Source: Minisyncoccia bacterium (GTDB lineage Bacteria > Patescibacteriota > Minisyncoccia > Phycocordibacterales > UBA9973). Taken from it: a DNA stretch of 64,000 nt. Each line of letters begins with the position of its first letter. Position 1 is the first letter of the stretch. Where the stretch lies: positions 24,374 to 88,373 of the forward strand of contig JBBRWS010000003.1 of the NCBI GenBank assembly GCA_038249055.1, in the 5' to 3' direction. A model generated the notes under the pieces. The model had not been told where the DNA came from. It did not search any database and saw nothing but the letters and a program-made list of their open reading frames with translations. Below, piece by piece: positions 28,953-38,958 of this stretch. The translations under genes were made by a program, and so were the position numbers.

Positions 28953-30335
28953 CTAATTCTTTACAACTTTGAATGTTTTACCCGATATATTTACAAAATA
29001 AATTCCAGGATAAAAACCTTCCATACTAACGACTGTTTTATCGTAATCAGTTTTAATCTTCTTTATTACTCTGGAAGTTGAGTCATAAATAGTCAAGATA
29101 TCCTTTCCGTTTGTATTATTAATGTTTACAATATTTTTACAAGGGTTAGGAAATACATTAAGCTCAGTGTCATTAATTTGATTTGTACCTGTAATAATAG
29201 TGGTATTGAGCATAATTGTTAAACCTGTATTACCATTACATGAAACAATGTCTAGTTTCCCATCACTATTTACATCCGTAATAGCTATCCCATCAGGTGA
29301 ATTAATATCTGGTGAATTCGTTGAGAATTTATATATCACCTTATTAACAATCACTTGCACAAAATTATTACTAATCATTACAATTTCATCGATTCCGTCG
29401 GAGTTTAAGTCTCCAGCAGCCAAGGCCCCACTATTATATGGAGTCTGTAAATCAAATGATATTTCAGGAGATGCTCCCCATACATTTATCATTCCATTTA
29501 CTGAATAAATAAGTTCATTCCTTTTGTCGGAAGTAACATTACCCATAACAATAGAGACGGGCATATTATTAACACTATTTGAAATGAGATCTAAATTGGT
29601 TTCAGTATTCAGACTTCTGTCTTTATTAAAATGATAAACAGTAAAAGATAATCTTCCTTTACTGTAGAGTCCTCCTTGACCATACATTTTAATTACAGAA
29701 TTAAAATTATCATCTCCAAGTCGAGCAATCTCAATATCACCATACAATGATGCTCCTGAAAAATACCAAACTGGATAAGCTAATTTGCCCATACTGTCAC
29801 CATAAAAGGCGGCAATGTTTGACTGTCTCCGAAGAGTAATAATGATATCGTTTATTCCATCATCATTTATGTCCCCAATTTTTAGAGCATCAGGTATTGC
29901 ACCACAATAGGTATAAACTGGTGAATTAAATTTACCGTTTACATTTTGGTAAAAAATACCAATTTCTGCTTCTACGGCAATGACAATATCACAGAGACCA
30001 TCATTATTCACGTCACCTGCACCTATTGCCCCCACGCCGTCGGTAGCATGACCATAAGTATAACTATCTGAAAGAATCAAACTGTTGTTCTTATCTTGTA
30101 GGTATACCATTACTTTATAGTTAGTATTGAGACCAGAATCAGTCGTATACGAACTTGTTGCTACAGCAACGTCCTTTTTACCATCATTATTAAAATCACC
30201 TGTTGTAAGGTGATTTGCTAATGTTCCCAAAATTGGGAAATTAGTAAAGGGAGAAAATGTAACTTGCCCGCAAGCGATGTTACTAAACAAAATAAAACCA
30301 AACACAACAAAAAAATTCACTACTAAATTTTTCAT
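28953..30335 (-). CDS. Secreted FG-GAP/VCBS-repeat protein with T9SS-type C-terminal domain, paralog 2
   Basis: Same architecture as 27357-28718, tandem paralog; C-terminus LNVFPNPCKNIVNINN...IYDSTSRVI...GIYFVNISGKTFKVVKN. Confidence 0.7.
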   Translation of the reverse strand: MKNLVVNFFVVFGFILFSNIACGQVTFSPFTNFPILGTLANHLTTGDFNNDGKKDVAVATSSYTTDSGLNTNYKVMVYLQDKNNSLILSDSYTYGHATDGVGAIGAGDVNNDGLCDIVIAVEAEIGIFYQNVNGKFNSPVYTYCGAIPDALKIGDINDDGINDIIITLRRQSNIAAFYGDSMGKLAYPVWYFSGASLYGDIEIARLGDDNFNSVIKMYGQGGLYSKGRLSFTVYHFNKDRSLNTETNLDLISNSVNNMPVSIVMGNVTSDKRNELIYSVNGMINVWGASPEISFDLQTPYNSGALAAGDLNSDGIDEIVMISNNFVQVIVNKVIYKFSTNSPDINSPDGIAITDVNSDGKLDIVSCNGNTGLTIMLNTTIITGTNQINDTELNVFPNPCKNIVNINNTNGKDILTIYDSTSRVIKKIKTDYDKTVVSMEGFYPGIYFVNISGKTFKVVKN

Positions 30336-30349
30336 GATTTCGTTTTTTA

Positions 30350-30490
30350 AATGGTTAGATTATTTGAATTACTTTAAATTCCATATAGAAATACAAAGTA
30401 ATTCAAATAAGTCACGACTTAAAAAAACTTTATCAAAGAACTGATACTGCCTAATAGTCTGACATAAATGCATGGCTTTGTCAATTTACA
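30350..30490 (-). promoter_or_regulatory. Conserved promoter + 5' leader hairpin module, copy C
   Basis: Minus-sense TTGACA then TTTGAATTACTTT...AAAGTAATTCAAA hairpin ~28 nt before ATG. Confidence 0.5.
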
Positions 30491-30606
30491 ATCAGATAAC
30501 TAAAAGGAAACGTGTCTAAGTACATTTCCAATTATATTTTTTATTCAAATAACTAACCACATATAAACAATCGAATAATTGTTTAAATTTTGATATAATC
30601 AACTAT

Positions 30607-31083
30607 ATGAAAAAATTCTATATAATTATCATCGTGGTGGCCTTGGGTTATGGTGGATACTGGTATATCAATCACCAATCAGAAACAAAAGATTTTATAA
30701 ATAATGTTATCGACACAAAAAATAATGTCGTAAACAAAACTAATGCGGAAATTGATTCACTTATAAAAAGTGCCGTGAGCGGAGTTAACACAATCAGCCC
30801 ATTATATTATCTTCAAAATAGAAATTATGGAATATCAGCAACTGAAAACATTTGTTTAAATACTGAATCAAAAGGTAGTATAGGTGGCGTTATTTCTGGT
30901 ATCCAAAAACTCACAAAGGCAGTTACTTGCACAGTTGATCCAGACTTCCCTTCAAAGAGCTTTACTCTTATTGCTCCGTCATTAATAGATAAGGAAATAT
31001 CTTACTGTACAGACCAGTCAGGATTTTCTGTAATTAATACGGTATCAATGAATACATTTAAGGCGGGATTTAAATGTAAATAA
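30607..31083 (+). CDS. Hypothetical secreted/membrane-anchored protein
   Basis: 158 aa, N-terminal hydrophobic segment, 6 Cys. Confidence 0.5.
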   Translation: MKKFYIIIIVVALGYGGYWYINHQSETKDFINNVIDTKNNVVNKTNAEIDSLIKSAVSGVNTISPLYYLQNRNYGISATENICLNTESKGSIGGVISGIQKLTKAVTCTVDPDFPSKSFTLIAPSLIDKEISYCTDQSGFSVINTVSMNTFKAGFKCK

Positions 31084-31215
31084 AAACATCTTTAGATATA
31101 CTAAACATCGATTTTCCGCCAATATTTTTGAGTATTTTAATGATATTTAATTAATAAAAATTAAGAATAGTTTAAACATAAATCAATGAAAATACATTGA
31201 CTTTTAAGCATTTTT

Positions 31216-31902
31216 GTGATATTATATATAGATATGATACAAATGTTAATAATAAATATGCTTTATAATGAGCCTATATTTTCCAAGGTAAATAACGCTA
31301 TTTCTGCGCCATTAATAATACAATCACAAACTACTGTTGACCCGTCCATAGAACCCACAATAGAACCAATAACAATGCCATACGACGTTCCCCTATTTTC
31401 ACAAATCAGTGATATTTCATCTGTTAATTGGAAACAAAAAGGATGTGGGGTAGCAGATATTGCTATGCTTATAGAATTTTATAAACCAAATACCACTACA
31501 GTTCAAAAGGTTCTTGAAGAGGGCCTAGCATCAGGCGCTTATCTAAAAAATGTTGGTTGGAAACATGACGGACTAGCAAAACTTGCAACAAAATACGATT
31601 TAATTGGTAAAACCCATGATTTTTCAAAATCTGACAAAATTACTGCATTAATTCAATTAAAAGATATTATAAAAGAAGGACCAGCTATCGCATCAATACG
31701 TCGTGGATTTAATCCTACAAGCTCATTCGGTCACCTTATCGTTGTAACTGGTTTTGATGATAAATTAGTTTACTACAATGATCCAGGGAAAAAAGAAGGA
31801 ATAAGAAATGTTCCAATCAGTGAATTTATGAATGGATGGAAAAAAAGACTCATTGTTGTGAGACCACCAGCAACAAAAATACAAATAGCAAAAGTTGGTT
31901 AA
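31216..31902 (+). CDS. Peptidase C39-like (papain-fold, Cys/His) domain protein
   Basis: KGCGVADIAMLIEFY (catalytic Cys context) and GHLIVVTGFDD...YYNDPG (His) resemble Peptidase_C39_2/butirosin-like. Confidence 0.5.
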   Translation: MILYIDMIQMLIINMLYNEPIFSKVNNAISAPLIIQSQTTVDPSIEPTIEPITMPYDVPLFSQISDISSVNWKQKGCGVADIAMLIEFYKPNTTTVQKVLEEGLASGAYLKNVGWKHDGLAKLATKYDLIGKTHDFSKSDKITALIQLKDIIKEGPAIASIRRGFNPTSSFGHLIVVTGFDDKLVYYNDPGKKEGIRNVPISEFMNGWKKRLIVVRPPATKIQIAKVG

Positions 31903-33800
31903 TAATATGAAGTTCCAACTAGGCATACCTTTTGCCATGGTTTATAAACACTTCTAAAATTTCTCTCTTTAGTTGTCCCATCTGCATAATTTACGGTATA
32001 TAATACATCTGTAGTTACTCCATCATGAGGAGCTTCAAAACATTTTGTTGTGCCGATTCTATAATCTGCGCTATTTATATATTTTGTTGGCGGGGCTGGT
32101 ATTTTATTATATAAATTTGGTTTTGAAACCGTAGCAGAACGTCCATCATTTTGACCGTATAATTCCATTATTACTTCCTTGTTCTCTACTCTAGCCTGCA
32201 ACAAAAGATAACCTTCTGTATCATTCACAAAACGAAGATCTGGGTGCGGTCCGTAGATAGTAGCATCCAAACCTGGTGGGTTGTAATAGTTAATAACAAA
32301 TCTATGATTTTGCCTTTCTGTAATTGAAAGACCTGCATTGAGAGCTAATCGAAACAAAGTAGTAGAAACCTGGCACAGACCTCCACCGTACTCTTTTGTT
32401 GTTTTATTTTCCTTAATAACCATCTCTTTAACATAACCTTCTTTTTCTGTTACGCGACCAATAGAATTAACAGTGGAAAATTCTTCACCTGGAGCTATTA
32501 AAATACCAGTAATAACAGAAACTCCTGTTTTTATATTATGTTCTCTGTCATTACTGCTTCCTTTAAAACTGGTACGCACTTCACCGACTAAATCACGTAT
32601 TCTATATTTTTCAACTGTTTTTTGAGTAACTTTTGGTTCCACTTCAATAACTTCTAATGGTATTGTTATTGTGCCAATTTTATTATTTAAATCTGGCTGA
32701 GAATCAAAAATTATTTTTTCTATCTGCTCATCTACTTTATTGATATCTACAACATTACCAGAAGCCCCCTTTACTATTTCAACCAATCTACCATCGCTCA
32801 TTTTAAATCGACTGTTTTTAGGAGGACTAACAATATACTTTGAAATTGTACTTGAAAAGTAATTTTCTAATTTATTACGGTCAATCCCAATACCTCCATC
32901 TTCTTTGACAGTTAGCCATGCAACAAGCTTTGATCCACTCATCTTCCAAGTGCGTTGTTTATATTTAAATATTAGATTGGTTTCTTTTGCAAATTTTTCA
33001 GAAAAAGACATAAACGGAATAAGATTGTCTTTTGTTATTTTTGGTAAATCAATATCAGCTTTTATATTTAAAGTATTATTATCAAACTGAGCTAATTTCT
33101 TTTCTATGATATTTATAATTTCTTCATTATTAATCTTTTCTCCTGCAATTTCGTCTGAAATTAAAATTTCGTTATTAACCAAAGAAAATTCAGCCATTAC
33201 ACTTTCCTTTAAAAACCCATATAACTCATTTTCAAATAAAAAATTTATATTATCTTTAAAGACAATCGTTGAAAAATAAAAATCCTTTTTTGTAAACAAC
33301 AATACAAACTGTTCTTTAAAACGAATAAAAACATTACCCTCGTGACCATAACTATAAGCTTTGTTTAAATCATTTTCCCATCCATTTGTATTAAAATACT
33401 CTATTGAATTATCTGATGTTAACCCAGTAGATAGTGCTGGTATATTTACTTCTCTTATTCCTTTTATTCCTTCAAAATTTATATCCAATCCATTATTTTG
33501 TAGATTATCTGCTTTCTGTTTAAAATGCTCAAATGCTTCATCATAAGTTTGACCACCAACTGATACACCAGCAACATGCACACCAGGATAAAATTTATTA
33601 TCATGTTTTATTTCAAAATCAACAACAGCCCATATTCCAAATATAATAGGAATAAATACAAAAAATAAACCCGAAAGAGAAAGCCCAAAAATAATAGGTC
33701 TTGGAATATTATCTTTTTGGTTATTTGTAATATTTCCACGTCTTTTATTTTTAAGATGACGCTTTTTATTCAAATATTTATGTAAGGTATGTTTAAACAC
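31899..33800 (-). CDS. VanW family protein (membrane-anchored)
   Basis: N-terminal TM; GGGLCQVSTTLFRLALNAGLSITERQNHRFVINYYNPPGLDATIY core VanW motif. Confidence 0.8.
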   Translation of the reverse strand: MFKHTLHKYLNKKRHLKNKRRGNITNNQKDNIPRPIIFGLSLSGLFFVFIPIIFGIWAVVDFEIKHDNKFYPGVHVAGVSVGGQTYDEAFEHFKQKADNLQNNGLDINFEGIKGIREVNIPALSTGLTSDNSIEYFNTNGWENDLNKAYSYGHEGNVFIRFKEQFVLLFTKKDFYFSTIVFKDNINFLFENELYGFLKESVMAEFSLVNNEILISDEIAGEKINNEEIINIIEKKLAQFDNNTLNIKADIDLPKITKDNLIPFMSFSEKFAKETNLIFKYKQRTWKMSGSKLVAWLTVKEDGGIGIDRNKLENYFSSTISKYIVSPPKNSRFKMSDGRLVEIVKGASGNVVDINKVDEQIEKIIFDSQPDLNNKIGTITIPLEVIEVEPKVTQKTVEKYRIRDLVGEVRTSFKGSSNDREHNIKTGVSVITGILIAPGEEFSTVNSIGRVTEKEGYVKEMVIKENKTTKEYGGGLCQVSTTLFRLALNAGLSITERQNHRFVINYYNPPGLDATIYGPHPDLRFVNDTEGYLLLQARVENKEVIMELYGQNDGRSATVSKPNLYNKIPAPPTKYINSADYRIGTTKCFEAPHDGVTTDVLYTVNYADGTTKERNFRSVYKPWQKVCLVGTSYY

Positions 33801-33851
33801 ATACTTATTATAAAACTTTATAAATAAATTTACTATTAATTTAATAATTAT

Positions 33852-34967
33852 TTAGTTAAAAGGGATTTTCAAAATAAATCGTGTTCCACCAGTAACATGT
33901 TGGTAGTTAATATCCCCTCCGTGAGCTCTTGCAATTAATCTTGCACTATACAAACCTATACCAGTACCGTTTTTCTTTGAACTGATAAATTTTTTAAATA
34001 ACTTTTTTTGAATTTCTTTAGAAATTTCTCCGGTGTTATAAAAACTCAAACAAAGACCATTATCTTCGTACACATTTACTATGATTTTATCATCATCTTT
34101 AGTTGAAGCATCAACGGCATTATGAAGAAGGTTGTTTATTAATGAATCAAAAAGAACTTCATCTATTAAAATTAATTTCTGCATTAAATCAGCATTCGAG
34201 GGTTTATTTTCTAAATCTTTCAACGAAACATGTATTTTATTACTCTTCTTTATTTCTGAAAAATTTCTTTTTATTTCATTGATTATCTCAACTACCGTTT
34301 TAAGATTTTTACCTAAAATATCCTGCCCTCTTTCAATTTTAGCTAAAGCCAAATAACTTTCCATCATTTTTAACATTTTTTTACCTGTAGTATTTATTAT
34401 GGTTGAAAATTTTATAATTTCTTCTCTTGATAATTCTTCTTCTAAAAGATAACTCGAATAACCAATAATAATAGCAAGGGGGCTACGTAGGTCATGGTTT
34501 AATGTATTTATATAATTTTCAAGTGCATGTTCTATTTCTTTGCGTTTTGTTATATCAGTATGAGTTCCAAACATTATCAATGGTTTTCCATCTTCTGTTC
34601 TGGCTGTGATACAACCACGTTCACAAATCCAAACATAATGACCTTTTTTATGTTTAACTCTAATTTCATGTTTATAATATGGTAATTCACCGCTAAAGTG
34701 CTTATTAATTAATTCTTTAGATTTAATAAAATCATCCGGATGAGTGATATTTTCTAAAACTGTAGCATTAATCAATCCTAATTCATTTAAATTATAACCT
34801 ATAATTTGTGCCCACTTATCACTAAAAACCATTTCACCTGTTTGGATATTCCATTTCCAAGTGCCTACGTCTGTTTTTTCAATTATTTTTCTTATTTGTG
34901 AATGTGTATCGTCAAATTTTTGTGTTAATTCTTTATATTTTATATTATTTAATTTATCCTCTTCCAT
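33852..34967 (-). CDS. Cytoplasmic PAS-domain sensor histidine kinase
   Basis: PAS (…WKWNIQTGEMVFSDKWAQIIGY…), HisKA LNHDLRSPLAII, HATPase GTGIGLYSARLIARAHGG. Confidence 0.85.
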   Translation of the reverse strand: MEEDKLNNIKYKELTQKFDDTHSQIRKIIEKTDVGTWKWNIQTGEMVFSDKWAQIIGYNLNELGLINATVLENITHPDDFIKSKELINKHFSGELPYYKHEIRVKHKKGHYVWICERGCITARTEDGKPLIMFGTHTDITKRKEIEHALENYINTLNHDLRSPLAIIIGYSSYLLEEELSREEIIKFSTIINTTGKKMLKMMESYLALAKIERGQDILGKNLKTVVEIINEIKRNFSEIKKSNKIHVSLKDLENKPSNADLMQKLILIDEVLFDSLINNLLHNAVDASTKDDDKIIVNVYEDNGLCLSFYNTGEISKEIQKKLFKKFISSKKNGTGIGLYSARLIARAHGGDINYQHVTGGTRFILKIPFN

Positions 34968-35112
34968 TTTTTAGTATATTATTTTAATTAATTTATTTAT
35001 TTTGGCTCGGTCTTTAAAAATAACATATTAATTTTTACTAATCAATAAAAAACACCATAAGACCATGCATTTGACTGAAATAAAAATAAATATTATTAAA
35101 AAAATTTTATTC

Positions 35113-35146
35113 TAAAAAACCGTCTATATAATATAGACGGTTTTTT
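35113..35146. terminator. Bidirectional hairpin terminator
   Basis: AAAAAACCGTCTATAT-aa-TATAGACGGTTTTTT. Confidence 0.65.
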
Positions 35147-35160
35147 AGAATAAAATAATA

Positions 35161-35916
35161 CTACTTATTAAATAATTTTACTAACCAACCCAATAAACTA
35201 ATTTTATTTTCATTTTCTCTAAGAAAATCACTAATCTTTTGTTGTTCTTGTTCTAATACTTGAACTTGCATTTGAATAGATGTTTTATTTTCTATATTTA
35301 CTGTTTGATCTAATATTCCTTTTAATTGATTTATATGATTTTCTGTTTTAACCATTTCACTTCGTAATTGACCAACATTTTTATAGTCAGTACCAATAAA
35401 GAATGTCTTGAATCCACTTCTATTTTTAATTTTGTCTATTGCGGAAGCCACATTTTCTTTTGATTCATTTTGTTGCTGTGCTATTACTCTCACTTGTTCT
35501 CCGATACCACCCTGTTCTCTATCTGCTACATCCAAAAGATTTTTAACAAATGTCGATACTGCACTTCTGTGCTCTTCTCCATTTAGCATGTTATTATCAT
35601 CATTATCGTCAGTTTGACTCTCTTCAATTTTATTAATATCATCATTTTCATTAGTATCTTCTTGATCATCATCCATGTTATTTTGATCTTCATTTTCATT
35701 AATATTTACCTCGTTCTCATTAGTTACATTTTGATTTTCGTTTACATTGTTTTGTTCATCTTGTACTTCAGTTTGGTTACCATTTACGTTAACTCGATCG
35801 ACATTAACATCAACTTGATTTTTAATTTCTGCTTCTGCAAACACGACAGACTGCCCAAAAATAACACCTAAAACTAAAGAAACTATGAACAATTGACTTA
35901 TTTTAATTATTTTCAT
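35161..35916 (-). CDS. Secreted acidic Asn/Asp/Glu-rich protein with C-terminal coiled coil
   Basis: Signal peptide, low-complexity NENQNV/DDDQED region. Confidence 0.5.
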   Translation of the reverse strand: MKIIKISQLFIVSLVLGVIFGQSVVFAEAEIKNQVDVNVDRVNVNGNQTEVQDEQNNVNENQNVTNENEVNINENEDQNNMDDDQEDTNENDDINKIEESQTDDNDDNNMLNGEEHRSAVSTFVKNLLDVADREQGGIGEQVRVIAQQQNESKENVASAIDKIKNRSGFKTFFIGTDYKNVGQLRSEMVKTENHINQLKGILDQTVNIENKTSIQMQVQVLEQEQQKISDFLRENENKISLLGWLVKLFNK

Positions 35917-36101
35917 ATTTTATATATTTAAATTAATAATAGATTTTAACCTAATAGAGACTCTAGTTCTTCGCCTTTTTATTATATCACAATGTAAAAT
36001 AATAAATATAACCTTAAAAGCCAATATTAAATATAATGATACAATTAATACCATTAAAATTTTACTTTTTTAAATTAAAATAAGGTGTATACTTTAAATA
36101 T

Positions 36102-37172
36102 ATGAGAATACTAGATGACGTAAAATTAGACTATCAGGATGTATTATTAAGACCCAAAAGAAGCACTTTGGAGTCAAGAAAAGATGTTTTAATAGAAAGG
36201 ACTTTTACTTTTTATCATTCTCCAAAAGAATGGACCGGCGTTCCTATAATGACCGCAAATATGGCAACTTGTGGAACTTTTGAAATGGCACGGATTTTTT
36301 CTGAATACAAGATGATAACAACTTTTCATAAATATTATTCCGTTTTAGATTATGAAAAATTTTTTAAGACTTTTAATAATCCAGATTATATTTGCTATAC
36401 ATCTGGAATACGGGAACAAGATATAAAACAATTAAAATTAATGAAAAATAAAGGATTACTTGAAAAATTTTCTTTTATTTGTTTAGACGTTCCAAATGGA
36501 TACTTGCAAACTTTTTTGGATGCAATTAAAAATGTTCGCAAAATGTGCCCTAGTCATATTATTATTGCCGGAAATGTAGTTACAAATGAAATTACTGAAG
36601 AAATCATATTAGCAGGCGCAGACATTGTAAAAATTGGAATTGGTCCTGGTGCAGCATGTACAACAAGAAAAATGACGGGTGTTGGTTATCCCCAACTCTC
36701 TGCTGTGATAGAATGTGCAGATTCTGCTCATGGAATAGCCAATGAAAAAGGTGTCGGGAGAATAATTGCAGATGGTGGACAACAATATACTTCAGATATA
36801 GCTAAAGCCTTTTGTGGAGGAGCAGATTTTAATATGTGTGGTTCATTATTTTCAGGCTTTGAACAAAGTGCGGGTAAAACAATTATTAAAGATAGTAAAA
36901 AGTTTAAAGAATATTTTGGATCGTCTTCAAATAAAGCAATGGAAGAATTTTATGGAAAAAAAGAAAAACATAGAGCAAGTGAAGGAAGGTACACGCTTAT
37001 TCCCCACAAAGGAGACATTCAAGATTTCATCCAAGACTTACTCGGGTCATTGCGAAGTACGGCAACATACATTGGAGCAAGACAGTTAAAAGAATTTCCA
37101 AAAAGAGCTACATTTATAAAAGTAAACAGACAACTTACTTCATATCTAGAAAAATATGATACCGGGGAGTAA
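36102..37172 (+). CDS. guaC: GMP reductase
   Basis: MRILDDVKLDYQDVLLRPKRSTLESRKDV...GIGPGAACTTRKMTGVGYPQLSAVIECADSAHG, no CBS pair, length 356 aa; nearly colinear with E. coli GuaC. Confidence 0.85.
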   Translation: MRILDDVKLDYQDVLLRPKRSTLESRKDVLIERTFTFYHSPKEWTGVPIMTANMATCGTFEMARIFSEYKMITTFHKYYSVLDYEKFFKTFNNPDYICYTSGIREQDIKQLKLMKNKGLLEKFSFICLDVPNGYLQTFLDAIKNVRKMCPSHIIIAGNVVTNEITEEIILAGADIVKIGIGPGAACTTRKMTGVGYPQLSAVIECADSAHGIANEKGVGRIIADGGQQYTSDIAKAFCGGADFNMCGSLFSGFEQSAGKTIIKDSKKFKEYFGSSSNKAMEEFYGKKEKHRASEGRYTLIPHKGDIQDFIQDLLGSLRSTATYIGARQLKEFPKRATFIKVNRQLTSYLEKYDTGE

Positions 37173-37242
37173 ATTATGCCATTTAAAAACCTTATATAGA
37201 TATTTATCTACATAAGGTTTTTTGATTACAATAATTAGTTAG

Positions 37243-37812
37243 TTAAATTAATTTAATATAAATGCCCCTTAAACCACGATACATAAAATCAGAATCCATC
37301 CCAAAACCAATTAACCATTCAGGACCAACATTGTTTAGTATCCAATATTTAATGTCAAAATCTAATATTTTGTGTGCCTTTTTAACAACAAGAACACAAT
37401 ATTCAATTGATTTTACATTTTTGTTTTTTAAATATTCATTTAAAAACTCAAGTGTAATTCCTTCATCAACAATATCTTCAATAACAATTATGGCTCTATT
37501 CGAAAGATCAATAGTAGGTTCACTGGTAATTTTTACATCACTTAAGGCCTGAGCATCTCCTATATACCTTTTTATTCTTACTGTATCAATACTATGAGAA
37601 AAACCAAGGTCTTGTAATACCATCGATAAAGATGTCCCAAAATACATTCCCCCATTTGTAACAACTAATAAAACAGGGGGTAAAGAGTCACAATAATCGA
37701 TTGAGATTTTTTTTGCAATTTTCTTAATCTTTAATTGAAGTTCGCTAGGGCTTAAAAGAATTGTATAATCAAAGCCCCCAATCTTAATTATATTTTCCTT
37801 CTTAATTTTCAT
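37243..37812 (-). CDS. hpt: Hypoxanthine-guanine phosphoribosyltransferase
   Basis: PRTase motif AIIVIEDIVDEGITLEFL, Hpt-like N-terminal region. Confidence 0.8.
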   Translation of the reverse strand: MKIKKENIIKIGGFDYTILLSPSELQLKIKKIAKKISIDYCDSLPPVLLVVTNGGMYFGTSLSMVLQDLGFSHSIDTVRIKRYIGDAQALSDVKITSEPTIDLSNRAIIVIEDIVDEGITLEFLNEYLKNKNVKSIEYCVLVVKKAHKILDFDIKYWILNNVGPEWLIGFGMDSDFMYRGLRGIYIKLI

Positions 37813-37932
37813 AATTATTTATGGATTTTAGATTATATTTCATTTTAATTAACATTATTACTAATTTTAAATATTGTCAATTTTATTATTTTAAAATTAA
37901 AATACGCTTTTTTTATAGTGAATAATTTATTT

Positions 37933-38883
37933 CTAATTTATTATAAATAACTGATCCTTTAACATCTGTTCTTTTTCTATTTTTAGTAAACTATTTTTTA
38001 CTATTTCATTAATTTCATTTTTTGGTACCTTTACCGCCTCTCGGTTTATTGGTAAATCTTTCCAAGGAGGATTATTATTAAAATCGTATAAACCATAAAT
38101 AATAACAGGAGTACCACTTGCTAACATAGTTTGCCCATCTTCTGCCAAAATCCATTGTTCTCCCCAATTATATAACCACTCCGCATCTTTGGAATACAAG
38201 CGAACACAAGAGTGACTTGCGGGATATCCTGGTAATGCATACTGATGAAGAGCAATTCCCTCTTTATTACTAATATTAAAATTCCACTTTAAAATCCATT
38301 CATCACTAAATGTACTCGTTACTTCTTCTCCTTTCCAATTCATAAAATAAAGACCCGTGGGTGTTGGGGTTTTAAGCTTACCAGAGCTTACTGGACCACT
38401 TCTTATTAATTGTCCTTTTTCGTAAAAACCAAAGGCCTGTGTAGGTTGATAAATAATGACTAATTTTGGAATATTTTCTGCTCCCTCAATTAAATTTGGC
38501 ATAAATTCCCATAAATTTGGGTCATTAAATGATTTAGGAATTACAAGCGTCATACCTTTTAGAAGGTTTCTATCGTCAATTCGATTAATAGCTAGTACTG
38601 TAAATACATTTTCTATACCAACTATTTTTGTAAGCTCTCGTCCAGGATTGGTACTTAAAAGAGTAATAGTTTCAAATTTTTCTTCATTTAAATTCAATGA
38701 AACTATATCAATAGGTAAGATTGAAATTGATTCTTCTTCAACAATAAGCAACGGGCTAGGTTGATTAATAATAGGCACTTTTTTATCAGTTACTTTCCCT
38801 AGAAAAAATAATCCTCCCGTAATAAATACAGCAGCAAGTGCTATTATAATTTTATTCACCTCGGTATTGTAACATACAAACAA
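37933..38883 (-). CDS. L,D-transpeptidase (YkuD) family protein, membrane-anchored
   Basis: GIALHQYALPGYPASHSCVRL catalytic motif. Confidence 0.8.
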   Translation of the reverse strand: MFVCYNTEVNKIIIALAAVFITGGLFFLGKVTDKKVPIINQPSPLLIVEEESISILPIDIVSLNLNEEKFETITLLSTNPGRELTKIVGIENVFTVLAINRIDDRNLLKGMTLVIPKSFNDPNLWEFMPNLIEGAENIPKLVIIYQPTQAFGFYEKGQLIRSGPVSSGKLKTPTPTGLYFMNWKGEEVTSTFSDEWILKWNFNISNKEGIALHQYALPGYPASHSCVRLYSKDAEWLYNWGEQWILAEDGQTMLASGTPVIIYGLYDFNNNPPWKDLPINREAVKVPKNEINEIVKNSLLKIEKEQMLKDQLFIIN

Positions 38884-38958
38884 GACTAATGCTTGAATTT
38901 GATATTGATTATAATTTTATGCATTTAATCATAAAAAAATACTTAAAATGCTATTTTT

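Noticed and set aside
29200-29508. 102-aa plus-strand ORF
   Set aside because: Antisense to FG-GAP paralog 2
35408-35871. Two plus-strand ORFs (69 and 85 aa)
   Set aside because: Antisense to the acidic secreted protein gene; low-complexity Ile/Leu/Phe translation of the Asn/Asp/Glu-codon repeat
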